Of a stretch of 64,000 bases of DNA, positions 1 to 10,898 are shown piece by piece. Both the position numbers and the translations under genes were made by a program. Source of the stretch: the human T2T-CHM13v2.0 reference genome, Homo sapiens. The stretch is from NCBI RefSeq assembly GCF_009914755.1, contig NC_060930.1; one strand, 5' to 3'. A model generated the notes under the pieces. The model did no database searches. It was not told where the DNA came from and was given only the letters and a program-made list of their open reading frames with translations. Position 1 is the first letter of the stretch. Each line of letters begins with the position of its first letter.

Positions 1-509
1 GGCATGAAGATTTTCTAAGAAGTTTTTTTTTTTTTTTTTAATTATACAGGCCCCTGGAGTAGTCTTTGGAAAGTAATTTCTTACGATAAAAGCAATTTCA
101 AAGCATTTACTGTTTTTACTAGGGTGTCCAAATTTCTGCATTTGTAAGAACCTTAGTGAAATGCAGCTAATATCAGTTTGGTATGCAGAAAAACCACAAG
201 TAGAAAGAAAAGAATATCTCAGGATTAGAAACAGGGAAGAACCATAAATAAGTAATTAATTTACTGAGAAGATATCATGTAACAAAAAAAAAAAAAAACA
301 AATACTAGGCCACTATCTCATTTAATTTTTATAATAATTCTAAGGAGAGTCATTATTTCTTTGTTTAAAATATGAGAAGTCTGATTCTGAGAGATATTAT
401 ATATATTTTTCAAAATGTATACAGCTGGCGAAGAGCAGAACTCTTTTCTGTTGGTTAAAACACATACATTTTTCATTATAATAGAAAACCAAAACAACAC
501 AAAAATTAA

Positions 510-581
510 AGAAAGAGAAAGGAAGGAAGGGAGAGAGGAAGCAAGGAAGGGAAAGGAAGAAAAGTGAAAGGAAAGGAAAGA
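510..581. repeat. GA-rich polypurine low-complexity tract
   Basis: Run of gaaag/ggaa units, almost no pyrimidines on + strand. Confidence 0.85.
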
Positions 582-1511
582 CACAGATTAGGGAAAAACA
601 GTTTTGTTACCTTTTCTTAAATTTTTAAGTGGGAGCAGTTAAAATTATGGTAATAGGATGGTTCTGGTATTCTCTTAAAAATGAATCCTCAGCTTTTTCA
701 ATAAATTACTGTGGAGACTAGTATGCTAAGTAAAATTGCTTCACCATAAGTACCAGCATTCATGATAAAGGTAAACATCTTATTTATAGTCAGATATTTG
801 TTTTTATTTAGATGCGTTATTTAATAATTTTTTTACACTGAATATTTTACTGATGATATAAGATCTATAATCTTGTATGGTATACCCTAGAAAACGTTAG
901 AAACATAATCTGTGTAAAATTACGTATATAGAAAATGCATTTCTAATTCTAAACTTATAATTTTATTATAACAAAGGGAGACAGTATTGCTTTATTAAAA
1001 AAAGTAAAAATAAAAGTTTCAAAATGCAATGCAGTTGGAATAAATGTTTACCACTTTTTATTTTTTAAAAAAGGAAAGTACAGTGCCTTTTTCAAATACC
1101 TTTACAATTTTTGAACACTTCTCAGTCAATAATCTTGTGTATTAAAACATTCATTGGAGGTGATGTGACACATCATTGGTCTTGAGTCATATTTACTATA
1201 TCATATAATTATTAGCAAATAAATACAATGTGACAAACAAGATTGATAAAAAGTTCTCTCTACCAACTTGCAAAATGTTTTGCCCAGGTTTCTTGCCTTT
1301 GAGAGAAATCATAACTTTGGTTTGAGGAATAGAAAAGTAAATATGAAGGACTTCTGCTGTCACTGTCTTAAAAGTATCAAATTTAGAAAAGCTTCTATTT
1401 TTCTTCAATGTTTGTATGACTATTAAGGAAAGTGCTTTTTTGAGATATGTATCTACATACTAGATACACTTTATAGAGTAGTAATGGGTCTTTCTTTGAA
1501 TATTCCTCCAG

Positions 1512-1645
1512 TCCAGTATTTCAAACTTCCCCTATTACAACAATGCGCCTGGGGAACTTGTTACAAATAGAGGCACTTGCCCTCACATTCACCTTCAATA
1601 GGCCCAGAGTAGGGCTCAGGATATTTGTACTCCCCAGGAATTTAC
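1512..1645. mobile_element. MER5-like hAT-Charlie MITE remnant
   Basis: cagtatttcaaactt...cctggggaacttgttacaaatagag...gtagggctcagga...ctccccagg resembles the MER5A/B consensus; heavily diverged. Confidence 0.5.
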
Positions 1646-2131
1646 TTTGTACTTGTTGTGAATAATTAGCAATCACTATTTATGTATTAAAATTTAAAAT
1701 GCTAAAAATCTAGAAAGCTACCTCAAGTCTTATAATAGTAAATTTCTATTTTAGTAATTATTTTATTTATTTTTAATTTTGGATAATTTTATCATTGCTC
1801 AAAAATGTCAATAATTTCCAATAGCCTGGTTATTCACAAAAGATTATCATTTTTAAAAGTCAAAATCTTTATAGTTTGGGAGGATCACCTCATTTGTACT
1901 TCAATATTATATTGCCTCGTGTAGCTGAGTTAATGGTAAGCAATTTAATTTTTTATTCTACATTTTCTGAATCTGTGACATTTTCCTAAATTCTTTGCAA
2001 TTTTTGCCTTATCTGAATATTGCTTTTCTTTGTCTAATTAAGCAGTTTTTTTATTTTTAGATTTTTTTTTCTGTGAACATCTATTAAATCACAGACATAA
2101 TGGTTTTGTTGTATGGACCACTATGTGAAAC

Positions 2132-2878
2132 TTATACGGAAAGCAGGTCAGGGAAGTGCTGGGAGGAAAAGGGTGGGTCCCTGGTAAGGGTTCCATCCCT
2201 GGGCCTGGGCCCATGGACCTAGGTGAGGACAGGCACTCCTGTGCAACATCTGCCTTAGCACCCAGATGTTGCATTTCCAAAGACCACCCTGGCCTACCAT
2301 GTCCCCATCCTGTGCCTATAAAAACCCCAAGACCCTGACAGGCGGACACACAAGCGGCTGGACATCAAGAGCACGTCAAGGGGAGCAGGCCAGCAGAAGA
2401 ACACACAACAGACTCAGGCAGGCCATTGACCTGTGGAAGGAGGTGGAATTCGGCCGGAGCAGTCAGAGGAGAGCCCAGGGACTGCAGGGGAAAACCATCT
2501 TCCTTCTGGCTCCCCCATTTGCTGAGAGCTACTTCCACTCAATAAAACCTTGCACTCATTCTCCAAGCCCACATGCGATCTGATTCTTCTGGTACCTAAT
2601 ACAGAAAGCCCTCTGTCCTTTCTCTAAGGCAGGGGTCTAATTGAGCTGACTAACCACAAGCCACCTATGGATGGCTAAACTTTTGAGCCCCCTGTAACAC
2701 ATGCCCACTGGGGCTTCAGTTGTAAACATTCACCCCTAGACACTGCCATGGGGTCGGAGCCCCACAGCCTGCCAGTCTGTGTGCTCCCCTAGAGGTTTGA
2801 GCAGCGGGGCACTGAAGAAGTGAGCTACACCCCCGTCGCACGCCCTGCGAGAGAGACAAGGGATCCTTTCCAGTTTCA
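2132..2878 (+). mobile_element. ERV1 solo LTR (LTR1/LTR27/LTR28/MER52 group)
   Basis: GC-rich block in AT-rich flanks; starts TtATACGGA (degenerate TGATAC) and ends TTTCA; TATAAAA near 2317, AATAAA near 2541; 4-bp TSD AAAC at 2128-2131 and 2879-2882. Confidence 0.85.
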
Positions 2879-3203
2879 AAACCATAAATACATAACTAGA
2901 AAAATTAACATAGTCTGAAAAAAAACTCGATGATCTTAACATGTCATTAGTTGCATGCATACCACACTTTGAGAAGTGCTCTGAGAAAATACTAGAAAAG
3001 GTATTGATCACAATACAAATGTTTTTGATAAACTGGTGGCAGCACAACTGACACCTTGATGGGGCTTAATGATGGAGCTGAGGCAGTACATTCTAAAAAA
3101 TGAAGTCTTCCAATAAAGCAGTCTTATGGTAGTATGTAAAAGAAAATACAAGACACATAATAGAAGACAATTTAAAATGTCTTGGTGTCTATATAGGTGG
3201 GTG

Positions 3204-3663
3204 TGTATTAATTCCTAATGCAGAAGACATTACTATAAACTGAGTGACTTAAATTTATTGTCTTACATTTCTGGATGTCAGAAGACCAAAATACACTTTA
3301 TAGGTTACAGTCAAAGCCCTGTCATTGCCTTATTCCTTCTGGAATTTGTAGAGGAGAGTCCATTTTCTTGCCTTTTCCACCTTCTAAAGATTTTCTGAAT
3401 TGTTTGGTTCACGGCCCCTTCCTCTGTCTTCAAAGCACATAAATTCAGCCTCTGATTCTGTCATAGTCTCTTCTCTCCAACTCTGAAGATCCAGCCCTTG
3501 TGATTACATTAGACCTGGCTGGAAAATTCAGTATAATATTTACATCTCAAGGTCCTTAATAAAATCTATCCGCAAAGTCCCTTTGTCATGTAAGACAACA
3601 TATTCGTAGGTTCTGGAAATAAGGACACGGACATCTTTAGGAGCCACTATTCTGTTCATCACA
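3204..3663 (-). mobile_element. MLT1 (MLT1C/D-like) MaLR solo LTR
   Basis: tgtatta...aaatttattgtcttacatttctgga...gcaaagtccctttgtcatgtaag...ctattctgttcatcaca matches reverse-oriented MLT1. Confidence 0.8.
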
Positions 3664-3779
3664 GCATGGGAAGATGAAAATGACATGAAAATGATAACAG
3701 ATAGCTAGGTCAGATAGTGATTAAGGATAAAAGAAGAAGAAAGAGCCAGAGTGTGCACAACATGTGTATGTATTTGTAA

Positions 3780-4720
3780 GAGGTTGCTAATTAATCCAGT
3801 TATTCGTATGTTGGATACCGTGGACCAATACTTAGGATAGAGTTCAGAGTTGTTAGCATTCTAAATAACTATAAATTTGGGAGACATTAATATAGAGATA
3901 ACAGTTTAATATGTTGAACTGGCTAAGTTTGATAAAAGACAAAAATATGTATAGAATAGAAGACTATGGAGTGGAGTCTGAAGAGGAAGAACGGAGAGGT
4001 AGTAAAGGATAAAAGGAGACTACAGATACAGTAAAACCTAGGAGGAAAGTGTTTGAAGAGGACTGACAAGGCACAGAGTCAGATAGGATAGGATCTAAGC
4101 AACAGTGACCAAATACCATGGGAAAAAGAAATTAAATAGATGGAATATATACGTGTCTAGGACTTTCTACCAGCCACTGTGCTAGGTATATTAGATAGAT
4201 TAGGTCCTCTCATTCTTACACTAAAACTACAAAGAACTTAATATCAGTGACTGTTCACAGATGAGGAAAGTGAGGCTTAGTCTTTCCATGATAATTTATC
4301 TAATAACTGCAGGGTATAAAAGCAGTTGTGTCTAATTTCCAAACCTGTGGTCTGTTCTTTGCGTCATGCAGCCTTTTAGGAGAAGTGGAAACCAGATTAG
4401 AAATGATTCAACAATGAAGGTATACAAACAAACAACAAAAATAAAATTGAAGACAGTGAGTGTAAACTACCTTTTAGAGAAAGAAGAGAAGTGAGAGGAG
4501 ATAGGTAGCTTGAAAGGCAGTTCTGTAAAATTGTTAAGCCTAGGACACAAGCATTTCCAGGCCAAAGAAATGGAAAACATTTTTCTTAAATGATGTATGT
4601 GAGTGCTCAGGATAGAAGACAGAGAAGATATTATTGATGAAAATGAGTTGTTAGAGAGATAGGAAACAAGGAAACCAAATTTTAGATAGAAAAATCAGCC
4701 CTAAAAGGAAGCCAGCAAAA
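3780..4720 (-). mobile_element. L2 fragments, interrupted by a MIR at about 4150-4370
   Basis: Purine-rich L2 antisense motif ataaatttgggagacattaatatagag; MIR core ttcacagatgaggaaagtgaggcttag at about 4255-4280. Confidence 0.55.
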
Positions 4721-4794
4721 TGGAACCAAACCTCATCCAGTCATATCATTACGTTCCGCTGTGTCAAATGCTTAACTGCTTAGCTAAGAAAAGG

Positions 4795-5159
4795 TGCAGA
4801 ATTACTGTTTGTGTCCCCGCTACCTCCACAAAATTCATGTTGAAATCCTAACCCTCATAGCGATTATATTAGGGATGGGGCCTTTGGGGAATGATTAGGT
4901 CTTGCTTGTGGATTAGGGCCCTTAAAAAAAGACACAAGAGAGTTTTACTTCAGCTCTCTCTGCTCTTACAACCATGTTATAATACAATGAGAAGTAGACG
5001 ATCTGTAATCCAGAAGATGGCCCTCACCTGAACTCAACCATATACTGCCACTCTGGTCTTGAACTTCCAGCCCCCAGAATTGTGAGAAATTAATTTTAGC
5101 AGTTTATATGCCTTCCAGTCTGCGGTACTTGGTTACATCAGTCCAAACTGACTAAGACA
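4795..5159 (+). mobile_element. MLT1A-like MaLR solo LTR
   Basis: tgtttgtgtcccc...aaattcatgttgaaatcctaaccc...ggggcctttgggg...gaacttccagcccccagaattgtgagaaat...gactaagaca. Confidence 0.85.
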
Positions 5160-5384
5160 CATATGATCTGTGTTATAGTTCCCAGGCATTTGCTCATATA
5201 ATTTTTTCAGCTTGAAATTCCTTTCCTAAGATTTTGTTAAAATTCTACTCATGGACTAAAAACCTGCAGGTATATGATCCTCATTCATGAGATAGTATTG
5301 ATTCTTTCTACAGAAGTATTCTTTTATGCTTACTTTTTCAGTGTGTGCCTCTCTTTCAGCCTGTGCCTGCTTCAAAGTGAGTAA

Positions 5385-5590
5385 CAATATTAACAGCTAT
5401 GTTATTGTTAGTATTCGTAACTACCAGATACTATGCCATAAACTTTGTGTACAATAACTCATTTAATCATAACACAACCGGATAGCTCTATTTTATTAAA
5501 AACAAAAACAAAACTGTGTTTAAGAATAAATTTTGAAGTTTACCTAACATTATGTAGCTAATTATGAGAGAAACAGGAATCAATACTTTG
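5385..5590 (-). mobile_element. MIR
   Basis: ataactcatttaatcataacacaacc...aagtttacctaacattatgtagctaat MIR core motifs. Confidence 0.55.
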
Positions 5591-5972
5591 TCTTTTGTCT
5601 TAGCTCACCTCTGTTTGGAAGCAAGAATTCCCAAAACTGTTTAAATAAAAACAAGGGAGAATTATTTTAGTGGCATGTGTTTTATAACAGGAAAACTTCG
5701 TATCTGGGTCTTACAGATTATGAACTGGAACAGGTCTGGATCTCTTAGCAACAGGTGATTACAGGCCTAGACACTCATGCCCCACTCTTAATGGGATTTT
5801 ATAACCAATCAACAATTTCTGTATCCCCTTGGGAATTCTAATCAAGAAAGATAGCAATAATCCTAAACCACATTATTTTATAGATCAAGAAATTTAGCAA
5901 AAATATATGAACAATTTTTTAAATTAATTGATCAAAAATTTAGGAGAGTTAATATTTATTCAGGATTCATTT

Positions 5973-6286
5973 GTTTTGTTTACTTTTTTTTTCGGTATGT
6001 TTTTTGAGACAGGGTCTTACTCTATCACCCAGGGTGTAGTGCAGTGGCAAAACCTCGGCTCTCTGCAGCCTCAACTTCCCAGGGCCAAGCGATCCTCCCA
6101 CCTCAGACTCCTGAAGAGCTGGTACTACAGGCATGTGCCACCACACCAAGCGAATTTTTGTATTTTTTGTAAAGATGGGGTTTTGCCATGTTGCCCAAGC
6201 TGGTCCTCAACTCCTAGGTTCAGGCGATCTGCCTATCTTGGCCTCCCAAAGTACTGGGATTACAGGCATGAGCCACATGCCCAACC
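5973..6286 (-). mobile_element. AluJ, full length
   Basis: gagacagggtctt...aagcgatcctcccacctcag (J-type); 12-bp TSD CAGGATTCATTT at 5961-5972 and 6287-6298. Confidence 0.95.
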
Positions 6287-6401
6287 CAGGATTCATTTTC
6301 TTACATGAAACCACTTAAGAAAAAAAAAAAGAAGAAATTAAAGGGAAGGTGAAAAACATATTTCGCAGAACACAGATACAGTAAGAAAATCTAAAACTCT
6401 C

Positions 6402-6720
6402 TGCAGGGCGCGGTGAGGCTCGCACCTGTAATCCCAGCACTTTGGGAGGCCAAGGCAGGCGGATCACCTGAGATCAGGGGCTCGAGACCAGCCTGGACAA
6501 CATCATGAAATCCCGACTCTACTAAAAATACAAAAATTAGCCGGGTGTGGTGGCACATGCCTGTAATCCCAGCTACTTGGGAGTCTTAGACAGGAGAATC
6601 ACTTGAACCTAGAAAGCAGAGGTTGCAGTGAGCTGAGATCACACCTCTACACTCTAGCGTGGGTGACAGAGCAAGACACCATCTCAAAAAAAAAAAAAAA
6701 GAAAGAAAGAAAGAAAAAAA
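6402..6720 (+). mobile_element. AluS (Sx-like), full length
   Basis: Dimeric Alu, ggatcacctgag, A-rich linker, A/GAAA tail at 6686-6720. Confidence 0.95.
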
Positions 6721-8577
6721 AGAACCTGAGATATTAGGGTTATCAGAAGCCTTGCTCACTTTACTGAGGGCAAGTTATCTTTGCTTGTCTCTGCTTCTCT
6801 GGGTTGATTTCCTTCTTATCTCTTTCCGCTGATGGATTTTCTTGTATTTCAAATAGTTTCATATAACTTTCACTTAAATTTTCATCATAGATTATATTAC
6901 TTGAATATAAATTTCTTATTAAAATAAACTGATAAATCCAGCTTGGATTCGTTGTTCACTCATTTTTCGATCAGCTAGAGAGAGGGGCTTAATGTCCCAC
7001 ATTCTACAACCAATTCAGGAGGCACTGGGAGAGCATATAAAGCAAGAACATGACAACTGGATGATGACCCTTCATAAAAAAGGCACTTTAGTGTCAGGAA
7101 ATCTGTCCAAGAGTTATTTTCCTATTCTCTTCCTAAGGGTAGTACCAACAACACTCATGTACACTCTTAATTATAGACATATTCATAATTAACATATTCA
7201 TTTAATTTATATTTATTAGTCTAATACATAAGGCTATATAATAAAGTAGTTTAATAAGAATTTTTACAAAAAGTAAAATAAATATTTCTATTTTTGAGAT
7301 TTTTATCTTTGTCAAGCTCTATCTTAAAATACAGCAATCCAATGATTTGCATCAGCTTTTTTACCGAAGGGAAATGTTTCTAACATCCATAATAATATCC
7401 TTATGTGCCTATGTAAGCCTGAAAAATAATTCCAACATTATGATTGATGAATTTTCGGCTGTCTCAGGTTTTAAAATTGATTGGAGAGAAGTGGAAATTG
7501 TAATACAACTTGCTTTGTCTGCACAGCATGCCTTCTAAGTAAATCACTAAATGAACACCAGAGGGAATTAAATATTTTGGAACGCTATAAAAATAAATTT
7601 GAAAGAAAAATAAAACTTTGAATGAAATATGTATGGATTTTCTTAAGTCTATTATGACATAACTATGAAACTTAAAATAGAAGGATATATTGGTCTTTAA
7701 AGATAATAGTACTTTAGAAAAAGAGATTGATTAGTCAGATTTTTGCTCATTTTGTTTCATGGTTTAGAAAAATTTTTTAAATTGTTTTCCCAACATGACA
7801 GCCTAAAATTTATTACATCATATCTTTTTGCCCAACACTCATATTTCCAGAGGCAGAAAGTTATTCTACATAATTTCTCAAAGTGAACTGATGCCCTTTT
7901 GAAGTCAGGGCTTCAGTCTCCATATGGGGAACCAGGGCTCCATTTCCTGAGCACAGGCAACTCAAGTTGTTGTCAAGCTGATGACCTGCTTAATTTAATC
8001 CCTAAAGCTGATCTGCCTGTGTTTCCTGTCACAGTGATTTCCTTTCTGAGTGGGTAATCTGATTTGCCTTAGATTACTGAAGTCAATAGTTTATCTGAAC
8101 TATGTTTGAGATGTCATGAATTTACATTTTGGGTGGTAGAGTTGGTCATTTGCCCACACTTGGCCTTTCCTGTGATTTTTTTTTTTTTTTTTTTTTTGAA
8201 TTTGAGAGTTCACCTAAGGAGAATAGAATTTAATAGTCATGCAGATTTTTAACAATCTGTTTAACATGAGCAACATGGAACTGATATAGACCATGCAAGA
8301 CTTCACATTCAATAGATTTAACAAAGGTTTTAGACAGAGAGTAAGCCTTTTTCCATATTATACCCATTTTTTTCGATTTCTTTTCAGGTTGTTTCTCTTA
8401 CTATCAACACATAGCTATCCATATCCATAATTAGAGAGGATTACAAAGATAGAGGAGTGAGGGTAACCCTACTCATGGGATAGATCCTTCCAGCTTGCAG
8501 TTTTTCCCATCAACTCTTGAGAATCTCATTGGGCATCTTACTTCTTGTAAGTTTGTAGCACCTTTTGACTTATCAAA

Positions 8578-8700
8578 TCTGTTCATTCACCAAAGTGTAC
8601 TAAGTGCCAGGTTTGTGCCAGTCATTTGCCAAGCACTGTGTTAAGCACTGAGCAGATAATAATGATCACAATATGAGTGCATGCCATATTGAATGTAGAA
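8578..8700 (-). mobile_element. L2 3' end remnant
   Basis: ttcattcaccaaagtgtactaagtgccagg...aagcactgtgttaagcactgag. Confidence 0.5.
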
Positions 8701-9419
8701 CTCAATTAATCTTAACAATCCCCAGATGGATCTAGGTATTCCCAAAATCTTGTTGCCAAGGTTATTGATGTGATCAGCATCCATATATGGTAAACTAGAC
8801 AAATCATTTTTTAATATAATTCATGCATATCAATGTGGGGAGAGAGAGGATTATTAGCAGTTCTATCTTCTTTATTCAAATATATCCTAGTAGGTAACAA
8901 TAACACACAATAAACAAACAAGTTCTAAGGAAATAAATAGGAAATGTAGATTTATTTAAACGAGGTACTGCCCTAAGTTCTGGTTATCGTGTTAACGACA
9001 CTGAGGAGCAAAGAGAAAATAAACAATTCAAGATTATTTTTGATACTCCTGTGTTAGCTAAAGGAAATAAAGCGAGTGACAGTATCAATGGTACTTTTCA
9101 GGGGTGTGTACAGCTACCTCAGCTTGGAAGATCATGAGTGGCATGACCGTTGTATCAATCTTGGGTTTATCATGAGACTTTCCTATCTATTGAAGAAGAA
9201 ACGTGGAAGAATAGAGAATTGTAAATCTCTTATTCATGGAGAAAAAGAAAACATAGGTCAAGGAGTTTTAAATTGAAATTTTAACTTCCAAACTCTTAGA
9301 GGCAGGGATCCAGTATGACTACATCAGTTTTGTGTATCTATGTTCCTTGCTGAAACGATAATAGAAATTTGTTTCCTTTCTTCTTTATTATTATAAGCAG
9401 ATCTTAACCTGTGTTCTGA

Positions 9420-10020
9420 TATTTTGGCTGTAAGGCTATAGACACATTTGTTTATCATCTCTGTGCCTCAATTAACTCAACTGTAAAATAAAAGTAGCGT
9501 AAGTATGTACCTGAGAAAGAAACTTTTAATCTGAGGAATATGAGCCCCATTTAAACTATCAGGCCCAGAGAGGCATTGGAAAAAGACAGCACTTATATCC
9601 CACTGCCCTCCTTGAACTAAATGATATCTCTTGAACCTGCTTGCCATGTGACTCTAGACTGACTGATGGCACAAGTCGCTATAAATTAACCTAACGATGT
9701 CACATGCTGGACACCACGACTCTCATCCTACAGCTTAACAATGGATAGAAATCACTAGTCAATGTCATTTCTGTAAACCAATGAGAATTCCTGATGATTT
9801 TGTTTCAGCCCACTCCTTTTATTCATTTTTGCCTTTAAAAACCTGACAATAACCGAGGGCAAACAGAGCACTTCCCAAGGTAACATACAAATGTTTCCCA
9901 GGCAGCTGTCCTCACACTGGCCCAAATAAACTCTTTAAAATTATATTTTGTGCCTCAGCTTCTTCCTTTAGGTCAACACACCTCAGAAGTTATGAAAATT
10001 AAATGAACTAATATACGGAA
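9420..10020 (+). mobile_element. MIR split by an ERV1 LTR
   Basis: ctctgtgcctcaattaactcaactgtaaaat...gtacc before the LTR; cacctcagaagttatgaaaattaaatgaactaata resumes after it. Confidence 0.7.
9512..9978 (+). mobile_element. ERV1 solo LTR (MER72/LTR47-like)
   Basis: TG...CA termini (tgagaaag...ggtcaaca); atctgaggaatatgagcccc...atcaggcccagagaggcatt; AATAAA near 9925; degenerate 4-bp TSD tacc/cacc. Confidence 0.8.
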
Positions 10021-10198
10021 ATTTACATACAACTCATAAGATCAATATCAATGTATCTCATATACATAATTGTATATTCATAAATAAATTACCAAAGAAA
10101 ATTATAATGTATCTATCTGAAAACACCTGGCACAATGTAAGCAACATTAATTTATTTTATGAGTTTCAAATAACTTATAGCAATGAAATATGACCAAT

Positions 10199-10597
10199 TA
10201 CATCAGTTTCCCAGGACTAAGAAAACAAAGTACCACAAATTGGATGGCTTAAAGCACAGACATTTATTCTGTCACAGTTCTGGAGATTAGAATTCCAAAA
10301 TAAAGGCCTCAGCAAGGTCAGGCTCTAGAGGAAGTTCGTGCCTGGCCTCTTCCATCTTGAGGATTTTTTGCCTGCACTCCTGGCGTTCCTTTGCTCATAG
10401 ACGCATCACTCTGATCTCTGCCACTGTCACCACATGGTATTCTCCTTGTTTGTTTCTCCTGTTCTCCTGTGTCTTTATGTCCTCTCTTCTTACAAAGATA
10501 CCAGTGACATTGTATTTAGGGTCCACCCTAAGCCAGTGTGACTTCATCTTAACTTGATTACGTTTGCACAAAGCAGGGGTTATTGCTTGAGCACATC
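10199..10597 (-). mobile_element. MLT1 (B/C-like) MaLR LTR, cut off at an Alu
   Basis: acaaagtaccacaaattggatggcttaaa...atttattctgtcacagttctggag...cttcttacaaagataccagtgacattgtatttaggg. Confidence 0.85.
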
Positions 10598-10898
10598 TTT
10601 TTTTTTTTTTTTTGAGACAGAGTTTCGCTCTTGTTACCCAGGCTGGAGTGCAATGGTGCAATCTCGGCTCACTGCAACCTCCGCCCCCCTGGTTCAAAGC
10701 GATTCTCCTGCCTCAGCCTCCCGAGTAGCTGGGACTATAGGTGCGCGCCATGTCGCCTGGCTAATTTTGTATTTTTAGTAGAGACAGGGTTTCTCCATGT
10801 TGATCAGGTTGGTCTCGAACTCCTGACCTCAGGTGATCCACCCACCGCCTTGGCTTCCCAAAGTGCTGGGATTACAGACATGAGCCACTGCACCCAAC
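10598..10898 (-). mobile_element. AluSp/Sq, full length
   Basis: T16 tail; gagtttcgctcttgtt and tgcaatgg (Sp/Sq diagnostics). Confidence 0.95.
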
